From the NCBI GenBank assembly GCA_030747675.1, contig JASLKH010000036.1, forward strand, positions 1 to 26,528: a stretch of DNA of 26,528 bases, written 5' to 3'. Of this stretch, positions 16,876 through 24,773 are shown piece after piece; the stretch's first letter is position 1; every line of letters begins with the position of its first letter. Below the pieces are notes generated by a model. It worked only from the letters and a program-made list of their open reading frames with translations, did not search any database and had not been told where the DNA came from. Position numbers and translations under genes: made by a program. The DNA comes from Candidatus Thalassarchaeaceae archaeon. GTDB taxonomy: Archaea; Thermoplasmatota; Poseidoniia; Poseidoniales; Thalassarchaeaceae.

Positions 16876-18138
16876 TCAAAGGAAACCCAATTCAGCTAAT
16901 TTTTCACTATACAAATTTGCACTGTGCTCTAATGCTTCTAAAGCAGGCATGGGGCGATTAGCAAGCATGGTGAGGCAAGCACCTCCACCTGTCGAATTAT
17001 GGCCTACTAAATGCCCAACTCTTTTTTCACTAACAAGTGAACTTGTATGTCCTCCACCTATGATGACAAAACCATTAGATTCACAGCACTGATTCAGGAT
17101 TTCAATTGTACCAAATGCGAATGGTTTGTTTTCAAAATATCCTGCAGGGCCATTCCACAAAACGCATCCTGCATCAACAATATGTTTCCGAATTCCCATC
17201 ATTGTTTGCAAGCCAATGTCAAAAATTGGTGCATCTACAGGTAAATCCTTCACTGAAAGGTCAATTCGTTGTTTATCAATTTCCACAGCAACATCAATTG
17301 GAAGATTAATTCGATCTGAATGATTGGTACACAAATCCATCGCCATATTCCAAGTGGATTCAAAGGCATCTCCAAGTTCTCCTTTCAAGAAATTTTCATT
17401 AATTTCTCCAATATCTTTTCCGGAGGCCCAAAGCATAAGGTTTCCAACTGCTCCCACCAAGATTACTGTATCTGCAACATTTCGTGAACATAAATTTGTG
17501 GCAATATCCAAACTGTCATCACACTTAACTCCACCCAGCACAACAGTGTATGGTTTTGGGGGAGTTTCTGTTGCCATCTTCAAAGCCGAGACTTCTTTGG
17601 CCATTAGTTCGCCAGCAAAGCAAGGTACAGCCTTACCAAACCCGGAGAGTGAAGGACTATTTCGATGAGCTGCAGCAAAGGCATCTGTGACATATGCATC
17701 AACCAATGGACTCAAGTTTTGGACAATTTCAGATTCATTGAGTTCATCCAAAGTTGACTTCTTCATACTCATCTCGTCTGCATGCCCCCTCACATTGTCC
17801 AAAAATAACATGTCACCCGGTTTCATGTAGCGGATGGCATCTTGAGCGATGTCACCACAAATATCTGGAACGAATGTGATGGCCCGGCCAAGTAAACGAC
17901 CTAGCAAGTCTGCATGTTTTGCCATACTAATGAAATCAATTTTGCCAGGGCGACTTTGATGGCCAACTAAAATTACACGTGCACTTGCTAAGCGACGAAG
18001 CGTTGGAAGGACCGCACGCAAGCGTGTATCATCCAAAAAAGCACCAGTCATTGGATGCAGTGGACTGTTTACATCCACGCGAACGAGGACTCGCTTGCCC
18101 GCAAAGCGGGCATCTGCGAGGGTCAGTACGGACCCCAT
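16876..18138 (-). CDS. pgk: Phosphoglycerate kinase (archaeal type)
   Basis: RVLVRVDVNSP, GHQSRPG, DAFAAAHR, VLGGVK, WNGPAGYFE, IGGGHT, STGGGA. Confidence 0.97.
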   Translation of the reverse strand: MGSVLTLADARFAGKRVLVRVDVNSPLHPMTGAFLDDTRLRAVLPTLRRLASARVILVGHQSRPGKIDFISMAKHADLLGRLLGRAITFVPDICGDIAQDAIRYMKPGDMLFLDNVRGHADEMSMKKSTLDELNESEIVQNLSPLVDAYVTDAFAAAHRNSPSLSGFGKAVPCFAGELMAKEVSALKMATETPPKPYTVVLGGVKCDDSLDIATNLCSRNVADTVILVGAVGNLMLWASGKDIGEINENFLKGELGDAFESTWNMAMDLCTNHSDRINLPIDVAVEIDKQRIDLSVKDLPVDAPIFDIGLQTMMGIRKHIVDAGCVLWNGPAGYFENKPFAFGTIEILNQCCESNGFVIIGGGHTSSLVSEKRVGHLVGHNSTGGGACLTMLANRPMPALEALEHSANLYSEKLAELGFL

Positions 18139-18216
18139 TACTACTGCCGACCCGAGGACCGGTTATGACCCATTCGCCGACAGAAGACATTTGGAGGCGG
18201 ACCACTTCGACGTGGC

Positions 18217-19434
18217 ATGCACTGGGACACGGGGTCTTTGATTGGGCCTGATGGAGAAGATTGGCGTGTACCAGTTTCTGAACTTGAAAAACGTCAATCA
18301 TTGTTCTCTTCATCCCTTGCAGCACAAAATATTCCAAGTGCATGGGTGCAAGATCCTGTCGATTTGTATTGGTTGGTTGGCAACCGCCAAGCAGGGGGAG
18401 TTCATGTCAAAAGTACTGGTTCAGTCACTCAATATGTACGTAATTCTCTAGAAAGGGCAATCTATGAATCTGGAGAGGGTGCTGCACCCCACCAAGTTGA
18501 AACACATCCACGGATGTCCAACTTATCTGAAACCCTTGGTGAAATTCCTGCGCTGCAACTTGGTCGTTTACCTGCATCAGATGCATTGTTCATGCAATCA
18601 AAATTGGGAGATGGTGGGGATTGCACTCAGACTCTCTGGGATTTGCGAGAGGTAAAGAGTGAATGGGAAATCAAACGAATGAAGGAAGCTGGAATGGTTC
18701 AACAATTAATGTTTGAAACCATTGACCAAATGGGGTGTGAAGGTGTAACTGAAATTGATTTAGCCGCAGCAGCGGATGAAGTCAGTCGATCCGCTGGATT
18801 CGCAGGTCACATCCGTATGAGAAAATGGCCCATGGATTGCGAGCGAGTCGTTATTGCAAGTGGAAGTGCTGGAGCTGTTCCAACATTCTTTGATTCAGCA
18901 GTTGGAGCTACTGGCCCTCATCCTTTGGCAGGTTTAGGTGCAGGATTCAAGAAAATTAGTATTGGTGAACCTGTAATTGTTGATATTGTGCATGTGCATC
19001 GAGGATATGTTTCCGATATGACAAGAATGTTTAGTGTCGGCCCGTTAGATGATATCTGGAATGAGAGATTGTCTGACATGAGTGAAATTGCAATTGCAGT
19101 CCGTGAATCCCTTGAAAGAGGTGAAGATTGTAGTTCGGCATGGAATATAGGATCGCATATGGCCACGGAAATGGGCCATGATGGACATTTGATGGGGCAG
19201 GGGCCTGATCAAGCTCGTTTCCTCGGCCATAGTATTGGATTAGAACTTGATGAAACACCGGTAGTTGCAGCTGGATTCAATCGGCCCTTACCAATTGGAG
19301 GTACTATGGCTATTGAGCCAAAAGTTATTCATCCAGACGGGGCAATTGGGGTGGAAGATTGTTGGGTTCGAACTACTGAAGGCATGGAATGTATCTCAAG
19401 TGGAGATGATTTCCCTCTCTGGACCGAGTGGTAA
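18217..19434 (+). CDS. M24 family Xaa-Pro aminopeptidase/prolidase
   Basis: Creatinase-like N-domain; REVKSEWEI; metal ligands VDIV, SDMTR, GHSIGLE, AIEP, GVED. Confidence 0.92.
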   Translation: MHWDTGSLIGPDGEDWRVPVSELEKRQSLFSSSLAAQNIPSAWVQDPVDLYWLVGNRQAGGVHVKSTGSVTQYVRNSLERAIYESGEGAAPHQVETHPRMSNLSETLGEIPALQLGRLPASDALFMQSKLGDGGDCTQTLWDLREVKSEWEIKRMKEAGMVQQLMFETIDQMGCEGVTEIDLAAAADEVSRSAGFAGHIRMRKWPMDCERVVIASGSAGAVPTFFDSAVGATGPHPLAGLGAGFKKISIGEPVIVDIVHVHRGYVSDMTRMFSVGPLDDIWNERLSDMSEIAIAVRESLERGEDCSSAWNIGSHMATEMGHDGHLMGQGPDQARFLGHSIGLELDETPVVAAGFNRPLPIGGTMAIEPKVIHPDGAIGVEDCWVRTTEGMECISSGDDFPLWTEW

Positions 19435-19478
19435 CTAGTTCCCAATGGTTGAAAGCCTTCCACTAATGGAAGGGGATT

Positions 19479-20288
19479 ATGGCGAAGCCTTGGGCCACAT
19501 CCCATATTGCAACTGTTGCCGCTGGCCTTGGTATAGAACATCGAATATCCGGTGATGTCAAGGAACAACTTGTTAAAATTCTAGAAGAGCATCTGAAAGT
19601 AGTCACGCGAGAAATGGAAGACAGAACACTCTCTGCAGAACCCGACAGAAAAACTCTCGATGATCCCAACAGAATGCGATTAGGATTTAGTCGTACAAGA
19701 GGGATGATGATTGACAACCTTGCTCGTGTTGATTCGGTAGGAGCAGCTGCAGTAGTCGCTGCAAACGAACAACTAGAAGCATATCTCCGTACATTATTGG
19801 GTTCTGCATCTAACATTGCTGCTGTTGACCGAGTTGGTACCATCAAACCCCGGCATTTGCAAAAGGCACTCGATGCAATGGGAGGCTCTGGGCCAACAGA
19901 TGAAGCAATCGAAGCCATTGCGTCATCCGAACCATCCAGAGATGCAGTAGGAGATGCTCTTGAAGGTGGAATATCTGGTGCTTTAACACCTCAATCTTTG
20001 CGACAAATGGCACGCAGCTTCTCCAATGGAAAGCGAGTTGATGATGAAGCGATTGAAGAATTAATTTTGCTCTTCTATGACCATGTTGGAGAAGTTCAAC
20101 ATGAAATGAAAAGTGGTCTGCTAGGGGGAGATCCTGCTGCATTCATTACCAAATTGGATAATTTGCAAAGTCTATTCATGTTGGGGTGGATGCGACGAAT
20201 GCTACAAAATGCCTGTAAAAGGGCGGATGCAGCAGGTAGCAAGATCGTTCTAGTCGACCATGTTCTGAATGTAGATCCTTGGAGTTGA
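19479..20288 (+). CDS. Multi-histone-fold protein (three tandem archaeal histone-like folds)
   Basis: HRISGDVKEQLVKILEE...RKTL; SVGAAAVVAANEQLEAYLRTLLGSASNIA...TIKPRHLQKAL; KRVDDEAIEEL...MLQNACKRADAAGSKIVLVDHV. Each follows the HMf alpha1-L1-alpha2-L2-(alpha3) pattern. Confidence 0.8.
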   Translation: MAKPWATSHIATVAAGLGIEHRISGDVKEQLVKILEEHLKVVTREMEDRTLSAEPDRKTLDDPNRMRLGFSRTRGMMIDNLARVDSVGAAAVVAANEQLEAYLRTLLGSASNIAAVDRVGTIKPRHLQKALDAMGGSGPTDEAIEAIASSEPSRDAVGDALEGGISGALTPQSLRQMARSFSNGKRVDDEAIEELILLFYDHVGEVQHEMKSGLLGGDPAAFITKLDNLQSLFMLGWMRRMLQNACKRADAAGSKIVLVDHVLNVDPWS

Positions 20289-20292
20289 ATGA

Positions 20293-20589
20293 ATGTCACG
20301 CGCTCAAAAGGCTGCAAAAAAAGCGCTTGCAGAAATTTTGCGGGATTGGGAAGAGCCGCACGGATCAGGTTCAATTTTAGACCAAAAATGGCTTCTTCGA
20401 TTGGAAGCTGATGAGCATGGTCACACAATGATTGAAGTTCGACCGTCCCGACCACATTGTCCTTGTTGTTTAATCGATTTGACTGATTTGAAAATAAAAG
20501 TTGAGAAACATCGTAAAATTTCTTCAATTTATATCAAAGTAGCAGATGTACCTGATGCGCATCGATGGACTGATGCCATCAACACCTGA
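20293..20589 (+). CDS. DUF59 / MIP18 (CIA2) / SufT-like Fe-S assembly domain protein
   Basis: ILRDWEEPHGSGSILD...IEVRPSRPHCPC aligns by eye with the L..V.DPE....IVD...MTLT.PGCP / PTIPHC pattern. Confidence 0.65.
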   Translation: MSRAQKAAKKALAEILRDWEEPHGSGSILDQKWLLRLEADEHGHTMIEVRPSRPHCPCCLIDLTDLKIKVEKHRKISSIYIKVADVPDAHRWTDAINT

Positions 20590-20640
20590 TTATTCGGATT
20601 CATCGATATTTTCCATTTTTTTCTTGTCCGGAACGCTTGA

Positions 20641-21663
20641 ATGGAAGTCACCAAATCCCGAGTTATGGCGACCAACACATTGCGCGTTTCTGGGGACCGC
20701 GCCAAGCACAGTGAAGAACTCGCTATTGTAGATCTTTCCGCTGCGCTAGAAGCGGCCAAGGGGCTCGCTTGGATTGATATGATAAATCCTGAGGCAGATG
20801 AACGTAAGTGGCTGCTCGCTCAAGGTTATCACGAGATGGCGGTCGAGGACTGCTTCAAAGAACCTGTTCCAAAAGCCTACGTTTACGATACGCATAGATT
20901 CGTTGTCGTGCGTGCACGTGATGCGGATAAAGAGATTGATACGGAGTTTCTTTGTGTCTTCGTGACCGATAATTTACTCATTACCGTTCGTCATTCAGCC
21001 ATGCCTTCGGTGAAAAATTTCGCAAAGAGGTTCGGTTCTCGGAAGATTCAGCGTCGTGTTGAATTAGGTCCTGAATACCTACTCTACGAAATGCTCGATG
21101 CAATTGCTGATGACTGGTATCGTATCCTCGGTGGTTATTCAGGACGAATTGACGTGTTAGAAGACCGTGTTTTTGATCCAAATACAAAACATCCAGATTT
21201 ACTTCAAGACCTGCACGAACTCAAGCAGGACTTGCGTGAAATCACAAAATCGGTTGCTCCTTTGCATGATGTGGTTAGCCGCATGATGCGACCTGATCAA
21301 GATTACATTACTGAATCATGTATGATTTACTGGCAAGATATTTTCGATGTGCTAACCAAACTCAAGAATGATGTTGAGAACTACAATGCGGGGGCGGCGA
21401 GCACTCGCGATACCTACCTTTCACAATCAACAATGCGCCTGGCTGAATCACAGGCTGAAGCGAATGATGTCATTCGAATCCTGACAATTCTGGCGACATT
21501 GATGTTTCCAATTACCGCAATCGCCTCAATCTTCGGAATGAATATCGAAGTCTTTGGTGCATCTACTGAAATGTTCGGACTGGAAGAAATCATGGGTTTG
21601 ATGGCATTGACAAGTGCATTCATTTTAGGTTTCTTTGTCTACAAAGGATGGCTCACTCGCTAA
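20641..21663 (+). CDS. corA: CorA family Mg2+/Co2+ transporter
   Basis: WIDMINP, LYEMLDAIAD, ILTILATLMFPITAIASIFGMN (GMN signature), two C-terminal TMs. Confidence 0.95.
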   Translation: MEVTKSRVMATNTLRVSGDRAKHSEELAIVDLSAALEAAKGLAWIDMINPEADERKWLLAQGYHEMAVEDCFKEPVPKAYVYDTHRFVVVRARDADKEIDTEFLCVFVTDNLLITVRHSAMPSVKNFAKRFGSRKIQRRVELGPEYLLYEMLDAIADDWYRILGGYSGRIDVLEDRVFDPNTKHPDLLQDLHELKQDLREITKSVAPLHDVVSRMMRPDQDYITESCMIYWQDIFDVLTKLKNDVENYNAGAASTRDTYLSQSTMRLAESQAEANDVIRILTILATLMFPITAIASIFGMNIEVFGASTEMFGLEEIMGLMALTSAFILGFFVYKGWLTR

Positions 21664-21797
21664 TTCCTTTCATTTTGATCTGCTTTACGTTCTTCGACTT
21701 CTGCTAATTTCAAGCGCAAACGAGATGAAATAAACCAAACTCCAATTGATATCCCAATAATTGTGACTCCAATTGCAATTATAAAATTTGGATCCAT
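21660..21797 (-). CDS. 45-aa single-TM small protein MDPNFIIAIGVTIIGISIGVWFISSRLRLKLAEVEERKADQNERN (not in the ORF track)
   Basis: Translated by hand; ATG at 21797 is preceded by GGGTGA (21802-21807) at 4-nt spacing; TM plus charged tail; exactly fills the gap between the ferredoxin and corA. Confidence 0.72.
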   Translation of the reverse strand: MDPNFIIAIGVTIIGISIGVWFISSRLRLKLAEVEERKADQNERN

Positions 21798-21807
21798 TTT
21801 TTCACCC

Positions 21808-22101
21808 TTATAATGGTGGAATTAAATCAATATCACAATTCCCATTTGGGATACCAATGCATGTCAATATCGCTCCATCTTGCACTAAATCATCATCAAG
21901 ACCAGGGGGGAGAACTTCAGGTAATTTTACAGTTCCAGAAATTAGACGTGCCATACAAGTTCCACAATTTCCTGATGTACAATTCCTCGGAATCTCGATA
22001 CCAATTTTTTCAGCAAGTTCTAGGAATGAGGTTTCTAATTCAAACTCTGCTACACCTAGCAATAATTCTCCTCGAAAGAAGCGAACTATCGAATTCCTCA
22101 T
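21808..22101 (-). CDS. Plant-type 2Fe-2S ferredoxin
   Basis: C-x4-C-x2-C (CTSGNCGTC) plus a distal Cys in ILTC; 97 aa. Confidence 0.93.
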   Translation of the reverse strand: MRNSIVRFFRGELLLGVAEFELETSFLELAEKIGIEIPRNCTSGNCGTCMARLISGTVKLPEVLPPGLDDDLVQDGAILTCIGIPNGNCDIDLIPPL

Positions 22102-22194
22102 GACACCTCGCAGAGGTGGTTTGTGCTTGAACCCGCCCCTTCTGCGGCTTGTCCTGTAATCAATTCAAATACTGATTGTTTTCGTAATGACAAT

Positions 22195-24768
22195 ATGGCC
22201 GATGGGAGGTTAAGCGTCCGAAGTTTTTCTCTCTGGATTCCAATTCTTTGTGTACTCATGTTGTGCATACCATCTGCAATATACACTGGATCCTATATTA
22301 CGATGGATACGCCTGCTCCAAAAGAAGGAGTGGAGGAATCCCCTTACCCAGATGAGCGGTTAGCCGAGGGGATTCTATGGGTTGTTCTTGATGGGGTTCG
22401 AAGAGATATTATGGCTGATTCAGAATATATGCCAGGCTTGGTTGAAAAAAGCAAAGAGGGGACAATTCTTGAAGTTAAAACAGGACCACTTACAATGACT
22501 GGTTCTTGCATAAGAGAAATGGCAACAGGAGTCCAATCGAGGCCAAGCGAAGGACTCAATAATTTCCATCCGAATCATCCAGGGACGCCAGATGGTTGGA
22601 CATTAGCTAGCACATATGATTACGATAACGATAGTATCCCTGACAACATGGTCGCAATGCTTGGAGATTATGTATGGCGAGATCTAGACCCTGACCGTGA
22701 ATTAATTCCTTTCTCACAACATTACTTTGGTCACGCTGACTTTTATCGAGGAGATGAAGAAGGATACGATGTGTTAGAGGGATGGTTGACAGATAATCCA
22801 CCTGATGAGGGGAAACCGAATGTGATTGTTGCACACCTTTCAGGTCCAGATCATGTAGGACATCGATTTGGAACTAAAGGTATTGAAGAATATAAAGAAA
22901 AGATGCTATGGACTGACTCACGATTGAATACTATTTACGATATGGTTCCTGAAGATTGGGCAATAGTTGTGACATCAGATCATGGTCAAACCCCTGATGG
23001 TCGACATGGTTCCCCAGATGGGCAATTAAGAAAAGTTGCAGCAGTAATGTGGGGTCCGAATATATCTGAAGGAGTAACCATACCTGGTGTAAAACAGCGT
23101 GATTTAGCCACACTTCCATCTGCCCTACTTTCTCTACCGTTACCCCATGCTGTTGATGGACGAATACCATTAGATGCATTTGATATTTCACAAGAAAAGA
23201 AAGATGTTATCGAACAATGGAACTGGAATGCAGCTATAGCGAGAAATGAATGGTTGAAAGAAGAAGGTTGGCCATATGTGGAAGGGTTAACCGAAGAAGA
23301 AATCCAGTGGGATAAATTACCTGACGATGAACTTGGTGTGAGAAGTTCAGATATTATTCTAGCAGTAATCGCAGCGACGCTTATCACTGCGATATTCTGT
23401 TGGAGAATGGTGCGAGAAAATGTCGCTCCAGCAAATATCAAAAAATATGTTGCAGGCTTTGCTGCCGTAGGCGCTTCTTCTGCATTAATTGAGTATAACT
23501 ACCCAATATATCCCATGAGTTTTAATTTGCTAATTGGTGGTTTGGCCTCCCTATTCTTATTTGGGATGTCTTGGCGGATACTTGGGATGAATCATAGTAG
23601 GAAAACAACTTGGGAATATGATGATGCTTCAGCAGGTCATTGGAAGTATCTACTTGGGAGCACGGTCCCACTTCTATGTCTTGCAGCATTTGTCCTAATG
23701 TTTCCAAATACTAGACACTCACTTGGAGCATATGTTGTATGGGTTTCATGTTTGTTACTACTGCGTAATTACAAAGAAAATGATTTGAGTCTAAATCTTG
23801 CTGCTATCAGTTTATTTGTGCTCTGGATACCACCATTATTGTTCTCTCATGTCCGAATAATTGGGTTTGATTTGACTCGAGGGATGTTGGTTTATACTCA
23901 AATCGAAACATTGGATTTGGCAATATGGTGTGCCATTGGAGTTGGGTTTTCTGCAGGTTTAGCAACATTAATTCGAATTGGAGAATTTGATCTGAAAAGA
24001 ATTGGAATTCATGCAATGACATTTGCTTCACTGCCTATACTAATGGTGCAACAATCCAATAATGTAGATTGGATAGTTATTGGAATCGTCCTACTAGTTT
24101 TGATAATTGGAATATATCAAATCATGACCTTTGGTAAAGATACTGAGAGGTTGGTCATTACATCAGCATTAGCGTGGATGACAATGTCATGGGGTGTATG
24201 GGGGGGTTCTATTTGTCTCATTGGTTTCGCTAGTACAGAGCGATTGTTAGCGGGTCCTTGGAGCTCTATTTTGGAAAAACGTTCAGATATTCGGCAAGAG
24301 ACTGCTAGAATTGTAATGCTTGCACTACTACCCCTTACTATTTGGTATGGAATTTGGTGGACGCTGGGTCAAGTCGAAGGTTTGTCATGGGATTTCTTAT
24401 ATCCAAGAGAAATAGATCCGGGGGACATCCTCCTTCGAGGGGGTTACATTGGAGATAGATGGTCTCCAAGCAATGAATGGGTTGCATTCATGGGGGCAGG
24501 ACCAGTTATTGCTGTGATGCTGGTTATGTGGCGAACATTCCATCGTGTAGGATGGCCATTACACTTACTTGCAGCAGCATTAATCATTCGATTCTCATTT
24601 ATGTGGCTACATCTTTCATATGCTGCAGATTCCCCACGCCTTGTGTTCAAAGCAACATGGGATGCATTCTATGGAATTATTCTAGTATTGACATTAACAC
24701 CGTTTGTCATATATCAATTACTAAGACCATCAAGCAAGAATTCAGTGGAAACTGTTGAAGATGAATAG
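22195..24768 (+). CDS. Alkaline-phosphatase-superfamily membrane protein resembling GPI ethanolamine-phosphate transferases (PIG-O/PIG-G/PIG-N)
   Basis: N-terminal TM; VVLDG, LTMTGSCIREMATG, HLSGPDHVGH, TSDHG..DGRHG, QRDLATL..LL.LP.P; then a long multi-TM region. Start set at MADGR; the ORF extends to 22123. Confidence 0.8.
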   Translation: MADGRLSVRSFSLWIPILCVLMLCIPSAIYTGSYITMDTPAPKEGVEESPYPDERLAEGILWVVLDGVRRDIMADSEYMPGLVEKSKEGTILEVKTGPLTMTGSCIREMATGVQSRPSEGLNNFHPNHPGTPDGWTLASTYDYDNDSIPDNMVAMLGDYVWRDLDPDRELIPFSQHYFGHADFYRGDEEGYDVLEGWLTDNPPDEGKPNVIVAHLSGPDHVGHRFGTKGIEEYKEKMLWTDSRLNTIYDMVPEDWAIVVTSDHGQTPDGRHGSPDGQLRKVAAVMWGPNISEGVTIPGVKQRDLATLPSALLSLPLPHAVDGRIPLDAFDISQEKKDVIEQWNWNAAIARNEWLKEEGWPYVEGLTEEEIQWDKLPDDELGVRSSDIILAVIAATLITAIFCWRMVRENVAPANIKKYVAGFAAVGASSALIEYNYPIYPMSFNLLIGGLASLFLFGMSWRILGMNHSRKTTWEYDDASAGHWKYLLGSTVPLLCLAAFVLMFPNTRHSLGAYVVWVSCLLLLRNYKENDLSLNLAAISLFVLWIPPLLFSHVRIIGFDLTRGMLVYTQIETLDLAIWCAIGVGFSAGLATLIRIGEFDLKRIGIHAMTFASLPILMVQQSNNVDWIVIGIVLLVLIIGIYQIMTFGKDTERLVITSALAWMTMSWGVWGGSICLIGFASTERLLAGPWSSILEKRSDIRQETARIVMLALLPLTIWYGIWWTLGQVEGLSWDFLYPREIDPGDILLRGGYIGDRWSPSNEWVAFMGAGPVIAVMLVMWRTFHRVGWPLHLLAAALIIRFSFMWLHLSYAADSPRLVFKATWDAFYGIILVLTLTPFVIYQLLRPSSKNSVETVEDE

Positions 24769-24773
24769 TTAAT

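Noticed and set aside
16712-17092. 126-aa plus-strand ORF across the tRNA
   Set aside because: Antisense to tRNA-Thr and pgk; the WSHRRDLNSRPLDYESSAIP text is the typical translation artefact of an antisense tRNA.
18217-19434. HSIGLELDE instead of HxxGLxxHE in the M24 peptidase as a sign of inactivation
   Set aside because: All five metal ligands (D, D, H, E, E) appear present; the changed His is a substrate-binding position that varies among subfamilies.
19463-19918. 151-aa minus-strand ORF and other ORFs overlapping the histone gene
   Set aside because: Antisense shadows with no recognisable motifs; the plus-strand frame explains the region.
20289-20411. Alternative ATG immediately after the histone-gene stop
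   Set aside because: It gives only about 40 codons with no motif; the 20293 frame gives the DUF59-like protein.
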